Part shown: positions 9,944-19,138 of the stretch, piece by piece | Numbering within the stretch: position 1 is the stretch's first letter | Layout of the letters: each line of letters starts with the position of its first letter | From: an uncultured Solirubrobacteraceae bacterium | GTDB taxonomy: Bacteria > Actinomycetota > Thermoleophilia > Solirubrobacterales > Solirubrobacteraceae | Direction of reading: 5' to 3' | Assembly: GCA_964588985.1 (NCBI GenBank) | Contig: CAZPQW010000017.1 | Coordinates: forward strand, 9,772 to 73,771 | DNA: 64,000 nucleotides | The notes under the pieces: generated by a model | Database searches by the model: none | What the model saw: the letters and a program-made list of their open reading frames with translations, nothing else | Told to the model about the DNA's origin: nothing | Position numbers and translations under genes: made by a program

Positions 9944-12619
9944 ATGTTTGGGCGTCTGCAGGGAGTTCCAGAGCCGGTTTCCCGCAAGCTCGCCGAGCTG
10001 GGCGGTCGTATTGTCAAGCGCCCGTGCTCGGAACGCTTGGCGGTGGTGGTGTTCGTGGCGTTCTACGCGAGCTGGCAGGTTCTGCACTGGATCCCGCTGC
10101 GCCAGGAACTCGTCGGAGACTTGCTCTGGCTGGTGATGCCCGCTGCGGCGGGCTGGATGGCGTGGGGTGCGTCCGCTCGTGCTACGGCGGCACCGCGTCT
10201 GCGCAGCGCATGGCGGTGGGTCGCGCTGGCGATGCTCGTCGAAGTGGTCACGGGGGTGGTCGAACTCGTCGAAGACGAGCGTGGGGCTCACGTGTTCCCG
10301 TCGTTCGCGGATGCGATCTCGCTGAGCTTCTACCCGCTGCTGTTCATCGGCGTGCTGCGCTTCCCGAGCACGCGGCGCAGCGGTAGGGAGGCGCTCGAGC
10401 TCGCGCTCGAATGCGCGACCGTGGCCTTCGGCGTGGGCGCGCTGTTCGTCTACTTCATCATCGGTCCCGACGCCGATACGCTGCGCTCGTCGCTCGCGAC
10501 CGTCGGCTCGATCGCGTACCCGATCGGCGATGTGATCCTGCTCGTCGGACTCAGCAGCGTGCTGTTGCGAGGCGCGCTGCCGGCGGTCCGACCGAGCCTG
10601 CGGCTGATGGCGGTCGGTGCCTCGGTGTTCGCCTTCTCGGACTTCGTCTACGGCTATGCGGTGCTGCACGGCAGCTACACCTCGGGCGATCCGGTCGACC
10701 TCGGGTATGTGCTCGCGTTCGCGTGTTTCGCGTTCGCGGCCTCGATGCAGGGGAAGCTCGAGAGTGGGGACATGTCCCTGTTGGAGAGGGGCACGGGCGG
10801 ACTGAAGGTGTCCTGGCTGCCCTACGTCGCCGTCGCGGTGGGTGTGGGGACGGTGATGGTGAAGGACTCCGACGAGTCCTTCTTCCCCGAACTGATCATC
10901 ACGGTCAGCATGGCGGTGATCCTGTTCATGACGATCGCGCGCCAGCTGCTCTCCCAGGTGAGCCTGCGCAACAGTCGCGAGCACCTCGCCCACGCGCAGG
11001 AGATCGCGCAGATCGGCTCGTGGAAGTGGGACGTGCTGCACGACAGGATCGAGCGCTCGGAGGAGGACCTGCGGTTGTATGGGATGAGCGATACGGCGAC
11101 GGCGCCGGGCACCCTTGCGCAGTCGCTGGACGCGATCCATCCGGAGGACCGCGAGCGGGTGGACTCGATCCTGCAGGCATCGCTGTGCGAGGGGCGCTCG
11201 TTCGAATACGAGATGCGCGTGGTGCGTCGCGACGGCGACGTGCGCACGCTGCTCGTGCGTGGCGAGGTGGAGATCCACGGCGGCAGGGTGACCAAGGTGC
11301 ATGGCACCCGCCAGGACATCACCGAGCGCAAGCGCATGGAGGTGCAGCTGCAGTACCAGGCCGACCACGACCCGCTGACGGGTCTCTACAACCGTCGCAG
11401 GTTCGGCGAAGAGCTCGACAAGGCGCTCTACCACTCAGCCAGATACGGCCACCCGAGCGCGCTGTTGATACTCGACCTCGACCACTTCAAGCTGATCAAC
11501 GACACCCGCGGCCACAGAGCCGGCGACGAAGCGCTGACGACGCTCGCGCACACCATCAGCTCGCGTGTGCGCACCTCCGACCTGGTGGGACGGTTGGGCG
11601 GAGACGAGTTCGGGGTGATGCTGCACGAGGTGGGGCCCGACGAGGCGCTGACGATCGCCGAAGACATCCGCGTGACGATCGCGGCGCGTCAGACCGACCC
11701 GCCGGTGCGCGTGACGGGGGGACTGCTGCTGTACGACGGGAGCAGCGAGCTGATCGCCGACGACGCGCTGATCGCGGCGGACATAGCGCTGTACGAAGCC
11801 AAGGAGAACGGCAAGGACCGCCTGCAGGTCTACCGCGGCAGCGCGAGCGCGGCGGTCACGTGGGTGGACCGCATCCGCGGCGCGCTCACGGACGGGCGCT
11901 TCGCGCTGTTCGCCCAGCCGATGGTCGACCTGCACGGCGGCGAGGTCCCCTACGACGAGCTGCTGATCAGGATGATCTCCGAGACCGGCGAGCTGATCTC
12001 GCCGGGGGAGTTCCTCCCGGTCGCGGAGCGCTTCGGCCTGATGAACGAGATCGACCGTTGGGTCACGCGCGAGGGGCTGCACATCGCGCAGCTCGGCAAT
12101 CGCGTGTCGATCAACCTCTCGGCGCACTCGATCGGCGACCCGAGGATCATCGACTCGTTGCGCGAAGCCGTGATCGCGGGCCTCGCGCCGAAGCACGTGA
12201 TCTTCGAGATCACCGAGAGCGCGGCGATGCGCAACATGGACGAAGCGCGCACATTCGCGCAGGCGCTGATCGAGCTGGGATGCGAGCTGGCGCTCGACGA
12301 CTTCGGCACCGGGTTCGGGTCGTTCGTCTACCTCAAGCACCTGCCCGCGCAGTACCTGAAGATCGACATGGAGTTCGTGCGCGAGATGGTCTTCAACGAG
12401 ACCGATAGGCAGGTGGTGGACTCGATCACGAAGGTCGCCCACAGCCTCGGCAAGCACACGATCGCGGAGGGCGTCGAGGATCAGGCGACGCTGGACGTGC
12501 TGCGCGAGTACGGCGTCGATCGCGCGCAGGGGTTCTTCGTGGGGCGTCCGGTGCGGATCTCGCCCTTGACGCGCTTCGAGCAGGCGGCGCGGCGCTCGCT
12601 TGCGAAGATGGAGGAGTGA
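9944..12619 (+). CDS. Membrane PAS-GGDEF-EAL c-di-GMP signalling protein
   Basis: N-terminal TM helices, PAS (IHPEDR), DPLTGLYNR, GGDEF, ELL (EAL-like), DDFGTG. Confidence 0.92.
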   Translation: MFGRLQGVPEPVSRKLAELGGRIVKRPCSERLAVVVFVAFYASWQVLHWIPLRQELVGDLLWLVMPAAAGWMAWGASARATAAPRLRSAWRWVALAMLVEVVTGVVELVEDERGAHVFPSFADAISLSFYPLLFIGVLRFPSTRRSGREALELALECATVAFGVGALFVYFIIGPDADTLRSSLATVGSIAYPIGDVILLVGLSSVLLRGALPAVRPSLRLMAVGASVFAFSDFVYGYAVLHGSYTSGDPVDLGYVLAFACFAFAASMQGKLESGDMSLLERGTGGLKVSWLPYVAVAVGVGTVMVKDSDESFFPELIITVSMAVILFMTIARQLLSQVSLRNSREHLAHAQEIAQIGSWKWDVLHDRIERSEEDLRLYGMSDTATAPGTLAQSLDAIHPEDRERVDSILQASLCEGRSFEYEMRVVRRDGDVRTLLVRGEVEIHGGRVTKVHGTRQDITERKRMEVQLQYQADHDPLTGLYNRRRFGEELDKALYHSARYGHPSALLILDLDHFKLINDTRGHRAGDEALTTLAHTISSRVRTSDLVGRLGGDEFGVMLHEVGPDEALTIAEDIRVTIAARQTDPPVRVTGGLLLYDGSSELIADDALIAADIALYEAKENGKDRLQVYRGSASAAVTWVDRIRGALTDGRFALFAQPMVDLHGGEVPYDELLIRMISETGELISPGEFLPVAERFGLMNEIDRWVTREGLHIAQLGNRVSINLSAHSIGDPRIIDSLREAVIAGLAPKHVIFEITESAAMRNMDEARTFAQALIELGCELALDDFGTGFGSFVYLKHLPAQYLKIDMEFVREMVFNETDRQVVDSITKVAHSLGKHTIAEGVEDQATLDVLREYGVDRAQGFFVGRPVRISPLTRFEQAARRSLAKMEE

Positions 12620-12719
12620 GCGCACCGATCACGAGCCGCACCCCGCGCCTGACGGCGGTGATGCGCGACGGCGAGCGCGTCACCTCGCTGGAGCTGTTCT
12701 TCGACCTGGTGTTCGTGCT
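12616..12719 (+). pseudogene. ltrA: LtrA-family membrane protein, 5' fragment (interrupted by element)
   Basis: ERVTSLELFFDLVFVL, the LtrA N-terminal motif, ends at attL. Confidence 0.9.
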
Positions 12720-12735
12720 GGCGATTGCCATTTTG
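12705..12735 (+). other. attL
   Basis: gttcgt-GCT-ggcgattgccattttg; ltrA-like coding stops here. Confidence 0.85.
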
Positions 12736-12763
12736 ATGCAAGGGGGCGAATACAATGACCGAC

Positions 12764-14386
12764 ATGGCAAGGAAGCTGGCGATCCTATATGCGGCCAAGA
12801 GCACGGCCGACGAGAAGGACTCCATCGGCACGCAGCTCGCGGACGGGCGCAAGCTCGCGTCGGACGAGGGGCGCGAGGTCGCCGGGGAGTACCACGAGGA
12901 GTCCAAGACTGCGTACTCGGGCAGCCGTGGCGATGAGCTTGTCAAGGCGTGCGAGCACGCGGCAGCCCTCGCCGCCGAAGGCCACGACGTTGCACTGATC
13001 GTCCAGCACTCCGACAGGCTGGCGCGCGGCGATGCCGTCAAGGGCAAGCACCTCGTCGAGTACCAGATTTGGGCGCTGAAGGCGGGCGTCACCCTCCGCT
13101 CGAAGCAGGACCCGCGCACCTGCGAGTCGATCCTCGACGCCGCGCTGATGGGCACGCGCAACAACGAAGACAGCGCACGCAAGGCGCAGGCGACGAAGGA
13201 CGGGCAGCACCGGACGGTCGAGCGCGGCGAATGGCGCGGCGGCATCCTGCCCGCCGGGTACGACGTGCGTTACGAGCACGACGAGCGCGGACGCATCACC
13301 GGGCGGACCATCATCTACCACGGCGAGGATCAGGAGACCTACGAGCTGATCTGGCGGCTCGCGATCGACGGCGCGTCCGAGCAGAAGATTGCGTTGGAAC
13401 TCAACCGGCGCGGCTACATGACCCGGCCGGTGCGCAAGGCGCACAAGCGCCAACCGTTCAGCGTCGGGCGCGTGAGCCAGATCCTCAACAACCCCTTCTA
13501 CGCGGGGATGCAGCCGCTCAACGGCGAGCTTTCTCCCGGCGAGTGGCCGGCCTACGTCAGCTTCGAGGACTGGACGCGGCTGAAGGCGAAACGCTCGGTG
13601 ACGGCCAGCGGCACGCGGCGGAAACGCGGCCGTCCGTCCGCGGGATACCTACTCAGCGAACTGGCGAAGTGCGCGAAGTGCGGCGCTGCCGCCCACGGGC
13701 GCAGCACGTACACGCGCAAGAAGGACGGCGTGCGCAGCCGCGCCTACGTGTGTCGCAAACACCGCGAACACCTTGAGGACGACGAGAACTACTGCCCCGT
13801 GATGCCGTGGGACGCGGAGGCCGTGGACCGCGCTGTGCTCGGCGAACTCGGACGCCTACTCAGCAACATGGACGACCTCCGCACGCAGCTCGAATCCGGC
13901 CAGCGCGCGGAACGCGACAAGTTCAAGCGGGTGGTCGCGGAGGCCACCGAGGATGCGGCTGCCGCCGAACGTGCGGCGGAGCGGGCCACGGCGGAATTCG
14001 CAAGCGCCGAGGACGCCGACGAGCGCGCGCTGCTCAAGGACGCCGCCAAGTCCAAGAGGGCCGAGGCGAAACGAGCCGAGGCGCGAGTGGACGCTGCGCT
14101 TGATGCGCTGGCCGATGCCAAGGATGAGGAGGTCGATCCCGAGGCCGCGATGTACGCGCTGTACCAGCGCCTCGCTAGCCAGCTTGCCGAAGCGGGCGAG
14201 GACGTGAAGGTGCTCAACGCCGCGCTGCGCGAGAGCTTCGCACGCTTCGAGCTACACGGCGACGGCCGGATCGTGCCGACGATTAGCCCCAGCGCCGCAG
14301 CGCAGTTCGCGCGCACCTCGGAGGTCAACCTGCGCATGAGCCTCGGTGACGAGCTTCTACGGCTGCCCGCGTTTGTAGTCGCGTAG
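12764..14386 (+). CDS. Large serine recombinase (integrase)
   Basis: YAAKS catalytic Ser motif, DRLARG, recombinase domain (ILNNPFYAG), Zn ribbon CAKC...YVC...C, coiled coil; TACAAT 7 nt before ATG 12764 (alternative start 12755). Confidence 0.92.
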   Translation: MARKLAILYAAKSTADEKDSIGTQLADGRKLASDEGREVAGEYHEESKTAYSGSRGDELVKACEHAAALAAEGHDVALIVQHSDRLARGDAVKGKHLVEYQIWALKAGVTLRSKQDPRTCESILDAALMGTRNNEDSARKAQATKDGQHRTVERGEWRGGILPAGYDVRYEHDERGRITGRTIIYHGEDQETYELIWRLAIDGASEQKIALELNRRGYMTRPVRKAHKRQPFSVGRVSQILNNPFYAGMQPLNGELSPGEWPAYVSFEDWTRLKAKRSVTASGTRRKRGRPSAGYLLSELAKCAKCGAAAHGRSTYTRKKDGVRSRAYVCRKHREHLEDDENYCPVMPWDAEAVDRAVLGELGRLLSNMDDLRTQLESGQRAERDKFKRVVAEATEDAAAAERAAERATAEFASAEDADERALLKDAAKSKRAEAKRAEARVDAALDALADAKDEEVDPEAAMYALYQRLASQLAEAGEDVKVLNAALRESFARFELHGDGRIVPTISPSAAAQFARTSEVNLRMSLGDELLRLPAFVVA

Positions 14387-14456
14387 CGTCCGGCACTGCC
14401 AGGATCACGCGAGAGGCACGAGATGGACCCCTGAGAGGTGCGGTAAGCTGTGGCGC

Positions 14457-14837
14457 ATGAAGACAGTTGTCGTCGGCGCTCTTGCAGTCGCCGCCGTCCT
14501 AGCACCGGCGTCTGCGAAGGCGAACAACACGGGCGTCGCCCGCCAGCGGATGACTGCACGGCTCTTTGCTGAATACAACAGCAAAGAAGAACGCGGGTTC
14601 GAGTACAACGGCTACCGTAACGGGTACGAACGCCAACTGATGATGAAAGAAGGCCCTGATGCGACCGGGGCGACACGGTGGGTACCCGTCGAACTGAAGG
14701 TTTCGTGCCACGGACGCTCGTGCATCGGCCGCGTGTGGACGGAGGAATTTCCACAGCAGTACGTCCTCGAAGACCACGCCAAATTCCGCGGCCCGAAGGG
14801 CACCTACCACGAAACAGGGTGGAAGCCGCCATCGTGA
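14457..14837 (+). CDS. Small secreted hypothetical protein
   Basis: Signal peptide MKTVVVGALAVAAVLAPASAKA. Confidence 0.65.
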   Translation: MKTVVVGALAVAAVLAPASAKANNTGVARQRMTARLFAEYNSKEERGFEYNGYRNGYERQLMMKEGPDATGATRWVPVELKVSCHGRSCIGRVWTEEFPQQYVLEDHAKFRGPKGTYHETGWKPPS

Positions 14838-14936
14838 TCGACACGCGCCCTCTGCGCCGATGATCGCCGTCTAGCAGCTATTCGATCACGCTCGGCATCG
14901 AGCGCCGGGATATGACGATCTCGCCGTGCATCGGGG

Positions 14937-15197
14937 TCAACCAGCCTTAGCCAGAATGTCGATCAGTCCCTTGGTCAGCGCGACGGTCTGCTTGCGCGTG
15001 AGGTATCCGGTGCTGGCAGCGAACAGCACCGCCTGCGGCACAGCCGACATGGGTAGCTCGCCTCCGCGCGCACGCTTACCGTTCTTGTCGGGCCAGGCGT
15101 ACTTCAAGGAGCACGCCTTGTTGTCCCACGACGACCTGCCTAGCAGCAGCTCGTCTCCGGCCACGCCTTTCACTGGCTCTTGTAGCTCGACCTTCAT
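14937..15197 (-). CDS. Hypothetical protein
   Basis: 86-aa ORF with globular composition and a purine-rich RBS. Confidence 0.6.
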   Translation of the reverse strand: MKVELQEPVKGVAGDELLLGRSSWDNKACSLKYAWPDKNGKRARGGELPMSAVPQAVLFAASTGYLTRKQTVALTKGLIDILAKAG

Positions 15198-15254
15198 GCT
15201 CCTACCCCGTTTCTTTGTCAGCGTCTACGAACAGTTTGGTTCTATAGTCGCAGC

Positions 15255-15506
15255 ATGGCAGACTCGCAAGAACCACCGATGATCCACATCGATCAGATCG
15301 CCGGAGACGAGTACTGGTCGGTGAAAATTCCTGTCGATCCTGCCGACTTCGAGCCTGGAGCCGACAAGGCGGCCGCCGTCAAACGCATGGGCGAACTTGC
15401 CTATGACACGATTGAGAAGGAACTGCAACGCCGCGAGAGGAAGCGAGCGCGGCGTATGGCGTCGCGTGTGCCCGGCGATGATGGCCCGAAGCAGGACGAG
15501 GGATAG
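15255..15506 (+). CDS. Hypothetical protein
   Basis: 83-aa ORF; TATAGT 7 nt before ATG. Confidence 0.55.
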   Translation: MADSQEPPMIHIDQIAGDEYWSVKIPVDPADFEPGADKAAAVKRMGELAYDTIEKELQRRERKRARRMASRVPGDDGPKQDEG

Positions 15507-15546
15507 AGTCTCTGTAAGTCAATCCCTTTCGTATGCACCATTTCCG

Positions 15547-15578
15547 GCACGGGCGTTTCGCGCAAGCGAGCGCCCGTG
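15547..15578. terminator. GC-rich hairpin with GCAA tetraloop (terminator or origin element)
   Basis: cacgggcgtttcgc-gcaa-gcgagcgcccgtg followed by ttcgttt. Confidence 0.5.
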
Positions 15579-15636
15579 TTCGTTTGTGGGCAAGATATAA
15601 TGAACATGAAATGGTCATTATGGGAAGAGGGTTGAT

Positions 15637-17229
15637 GTGCGCGATGACGACCGGCTCCTGATCGACGTGACAGGTGGGGATCTTCACGTCCACGCTGACG
15701 AGGCGTGGGACGCGCTGATGCGCGCCAACGATCCGACGTTCCCTCGCGTGATGGTGCGCGGCAACGACCTTGTACGAAAGACGGAGCGCGGCGAGCTTGA
15801 GCCGTTCTCTGTGGACTCCCTCCGAGACGAGCTATCGAAGGTCGCGGTGTTCATCAAAGTGAACGCCAAGGGGGAGACGGTCCCGGTCAAGCCACCGGCG
15901 GAAGTGGCGAAAGTCATCCTGGCGCGCGACTCGGCCGACTACGAGGACGGGCCACGGGTGGATCGCATCGTGGACATTCCGGTGCTCGGCATCGACGGGA
16001 AGCTCATCGACACGCCCGGCCACCACGAAGCGAGCCGGCTCCTGTATGAACCGGACCCGGCGCTGAAGCTGCCAGCGGTCGCGGGCGAGATAGGTAGCCA
16101 CGAAGATGTGTGGCGCGCTGTGGACGTGCTGATGGATGATCTGCTCGGGGACTTCGGCTTCGAGGATGAGGCGTCGAAGGCGAACGCCCTCGCGCTCTTG
16201 TTGCTGCCGTTCGTGCGTGAGTACATCGGGGATCGGCCGACGCCGATGCACCTGATCGTCGCGCCGGAAGTCGGCACGGGAAAGACGTTGCTTGCGCTGT
16301 CGCTGCTCATGCCCGGCTGTGGGCTGGTGGACTTGACCCCGGAGGCGACGGACGAGGACGAGATTCGGAAGCGCATCACGGCGCAGCTACTCGCCGGAAA
16401 GCCAGCGATCGTGCTCGACAACATCGCAGGGTCGATCTCGAGTTCCGTTCTCGCGGGCGCGATCACGACCGGCAAGTGGTCGGACAGGGTTCTCAAAGAG
16501 AGCCGGGAGGTACGCCTACCGATCCGAAACGCTTGGGTCGCAACGGGCAACAACGTCGAGTTGACGGACGAGCACAACCGGCGTGCTGTGCCGATCATCC
16601 TTGACCCCGGCGACGTGCGGCCATCGGATCGACCCAAGCAGGCGTTCCGGCACGACGATCTGGTCGAGTGGGCGCAGGCGAACAGGGGCAGGCTGGTGGA
16701 CGCGGCGCTGACGCTGGTTCGCAACTGGATCGACGGTGGCGAAGTCGTGGCAGACGGCGAGACGATCCCAGTCGCGAGCGAGCGCACGCTCGGGACATTC
16801 GAGCGTTGGGCCGAGGTCGTTGGCGGCATCCTCGCGGCAGCGGGCATCAAGGGTTTCCTCGGGAACCGGGATCGCATGAGCACGATCAACGTCGAGCGTG
16901 AGGAGACTTCGGCGTTCCTCTCTGCGTGGCACGGACTCGGGCTTGTACCTCAGACGCTTGAGGAGGTCATCGCCCTGTGCGCGTTCGACCAGCCGCTCCA
17001 TCCGTTCGTGCCGGAAGCGCTGCGCATCGAGCACCCGGCGAGGTTCAAGCAGAAGATCATGTACTGGCTGCGCGATCACAAGGGCGCGAAATACGGAGGC
17101 TTCAAGCTGGTGAAGACGACGGGCCGTCCTGCACGGTGGGAGGTCGTGTCGCTGCACCATCACGGAAATCATGGTGCAGACGACGAAACGTCGGCCACCG
17201 TTGGGAAAACGGGAGATGTGGCCCGATGA
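15637..17229 (+). CDS. Phage/satellite-type P-loop replication helicase (no recognisable primase domain)
   Basis: Walker A APEVGTGKT, Walker B IVLDN, WVATGNN, RR finger; resembles the C-terminal domain of phage primase-helicases. Confidence 0.75.
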   Translation: MRDDDRLLIDVTGGDLHVHADEAWDALMRANDPTFPRVMVRGNDLVRKTERGELEPFSVDSLRDELSKVAVFIKVNAKGETVPVKPPAEVAKVILARDSADYEDGPRVDRIVDIPVLGIDGKLIDTPGHHEASRLLYEPDPALKLPAVAGEIGSHEDVWRAVDVLMDDLLGDFGFEDEASKANALALLLLPFVREYIGDRPTPMHLIVAPEVGTGKTLLALSLLMPGCGLVDLTPEATDEDEIRKRITAQLLAGKPAIVLDNIAGSISSSVLAGAITTGKWSDRVLKESREVRLPIRNAWVATGNNVELTDEHNRRAVPIILDPGDVRPSDRPKQAFRHDDLVEWAQANRGRLVDAALTLVRNWIDGGEVVADGETIPVASERTLGTFERWAEVVGGILAAAGIKGFLGNRDRMSTINVEREETSAFLSAWHGLGLVPQTLEEVIALCAFDQPLHPFVPEALRIEHPARFKQKIMYWLRDHKGAKYGGFKLVKTTGRPARWEVVSLHHHGNHGADDETSATVGKTGDVAR

Positions 17230-17526
17230 GACGCTGCACCATGAAAACGCCGATGGTGCAGACGAAAAAGCTAGGCCACTATTGGGGAAATGAAGGATGA
17301 CTGCACCATCTGCACCATGTTTTCCAGTTGTGTCGCGCGCATACGCGCGTGGGTTGGGTTCCTCTGTGGCGTCGCGCTCGATTACCAACTCATGCCAACC
17401 ACCAAGACATGGTGCAGATGGTGCAGCGACCGGGCAAATGACCCGGCAAACATTGGGCGAATGGACTGCACCATGACGCGAAACATGGTGCAGATGATGG
17501 TGCAGCATGGTGCAGTCATGGCGCAG
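17152..17526. repeat. Iteron array, putative replication origin
   Basis: ATGGTGCAG at 17171, 17253, 17409, 17418, 17485, 17497, 17507; reverse complement CTGCACCAT at 17152, 17234, 17301, 17310, 17466; degenerate copy at 17518. Confidence 0.85.
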
Positions 17527-17536
17527 GGAGGATCAG

Positions 17537-17776
17537 ATGTCTAAGCGACCCGGCTTCTCGGTGTGGGACGAGCGGCGCATACCGGCAGCCGACAAAGCCG
17601 CGCGTGACCACAAAGCACTGGCGGCGCTGGGGCAGGCCAAAAGCTGGGAGTACGCGCAGCACGTCGGCTGCTCTGAGCAGACGGCCAAGAACCGACTACG
17701 ACGACTGTACGAAGCTGGCCTAGCAACGCGACGGCGTGAACGCGGGGAGGTCGGATGGACCTACGAAGCGAAGTGA
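17537..17776 (+). CDS. Small winged-helix DNA-binding protein
   Basis: GGAGG RBS; EYAQHVGCSEQTAKNRLRRLYEAGLATR. Confidence 0.7.
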   Translation: MSKRPGFSVWDERRIPAADKAARDHKALAALGQAKSWEYAQHVGCSEQTAKNRLRRLYEAGLATRRRERGEVGWTYEAK

Positions 17777-17935
17777 CGTGATGCGTCACAGGGGGAGGGC
17801 GGGGACTACACACCACGCCGAACGCGAGCGCCTAGGTAGGCACCTCTTTGTTCATCCCAAAATCTTTCTTGACACACAAGGCCCGGACTTCCCAGGCTCC
17901 GCCTGTGCGGGTCATAGGCGCGAAGCGAGCAAAAC

Positions 17936-18451
17936 ATGACGGCGCCAGCGCTGCCCAGGCCGGTCGGTCGTCGGTCCTTCCTCAAGCAGACGGTGGCGGA
18001 GTGGGAGTCGTGGCCGTGGGACACATGGAACCCGTCGCAGGTGGCCCACGCCACCAGGACCATCGTCCTCATTGACGACCTGAACCGGGCAGCCACCGCA
18101 GCCGAACGCATCAAGATCGACCAGGCCGTGAGGCAGTCGCTGCGCGTGCTAGGCCTCACCAAGAAGGATGACGAGGAAGACGAGGAGACGCAGGAGGCGC
18201 GCAAGGCCGAGGACGCGCGCATCAGCGCGGAGAGGTCCAAGGCCAGCCGCGAGCGGCAGGCGATCCGCGCGGGCGTCGAGGTCATCGACCTGCACAGAGG
18301 CTGGCGTGACCGCGAGGGCAGTCTGCACGACATACGCGAGGTCCTGTTCATGGATACGTGGGACACCGCGCTCGAAGACGAGCGCCAGGTGCAGGCCGAA
18401 GCGGAAGGTACTTGGCCCCGAAGGGGTGAATCCGTCACAGTGAAAGTGTGA
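17936..18451 (+). CDS. Hypothetical protein, possible terminase small subunit
   Basis: Trp-rich N-terminus, helical core ending VRQSLRVLGLT; position after origin and HTH gene. Confidence 0.45.
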   Translation: MTAPALPRPVGRRSFLKQTVAEWESWPWDTWNPSQVAHATRTIVLIDDLNRAATAAERIKIDQAVRQSLRVLGLTKKDDEEDEETQEARKAEDARISAERSKASRERQAIRAGVEVIDLHRGWRDREGSLHDIREVLFMDTWDTALEDERQVQAEAEGTWPRRGESVTVKV

Positions 18452-18500
18452 CACGGGATAAAATCTTGCCAAAGGCAAGAGACCCAGGAGGGACAACAGA

Positions 18501-18767
18501 ATGGCAACACAGCGCAATCCAGAAGGTAAGTCCGAAGCCGGGCCGGGTGCCCGAGTAGGTGTGAATCGGAGAGTCGGCGGCACCTCGCAGCGCCCCGGCA
18601 TCCCCGTCGGCGGCGGCACACGCGGCCGGTCCGTCACCATGACCGGCGTCGGCACCGAGGACAAGAACCCACCGGAGTCGGGGCGCGCTCGCCAGGACGC
18701 CGCTCGCGGCACCGTCCACGGCCAGCCGCGCAGCGGGTACAACGCCGGCGACAACATCAGTCGATGA
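18501..18767 (+). CDS. Gly/Arg-rich disordered hypothetical protein
   Basis: AGGAGG RBS; stop overlaps next start (ATGA). Confidence 0.6.
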   Translation: MATQRNPEGKSEAGPGARVGVNRRVGGTSQRPGIPVGGGTRGRSVTMTGVGTEDKNPPESGRARQDAARGTVHGQPRSGYNAGDNISR

Positions 18768-19138
18768 CGTTCCCTATCGAGACGTTCCAAGACCGCGCGG
18801 CGAGGCGGAGGGAGCCCAAGGCCCTCCGTGAGGGCCACGACGCGCTCAACGACATGATCCGCCGGGGTCGCCCGACGCTGGAGGAGCGCGACGGAGTGCG
18901 CGTGATGCAGGGGTTCGAGCAGCGGGAGCAGGAGTTCGAGCAGCGCCAGCGTGAGCTCGACGCACGGGAGCCACAGCCCCCGCCGAACGACTCCAACGCG
19001 GCCCGCGCTGCTGGGCTCGACCAGGGCGCGCGGGGCGGCGGTCACACACCGGGAGCGCCCGCGCCCGCGCCGACAGGCGGGACCGGCGCTCTGCGTCAGG
19101 CGCTCCGCGAAGCCAGGGAAGCAAGGGGAGGCGTCTGA
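18764..19138 (+). CDS. Hypothetical protein, scaffold-like
   Basis: Short coiled coil, ALNDMIRRG, LDQGARGGG, amphipathic C-terminal helix; coupled to neighbours. Confidence 0.55.
   Translation: MTFPIETFQDRAARRREPKALREGHDALNDMIRRGRPTLEERDGVRVMQGFEQREQEFEQRQRELDAREPQPPPNDSNAARAAGLDQGARGGGHTPGAPAPAPTGGTGALRQALREAREARGGV

Noticed and set aside
17152-17526. CRISPR array
   Set aside because: Repeats are 9 bp, in both orientations and irregularly spaced; no cas genes
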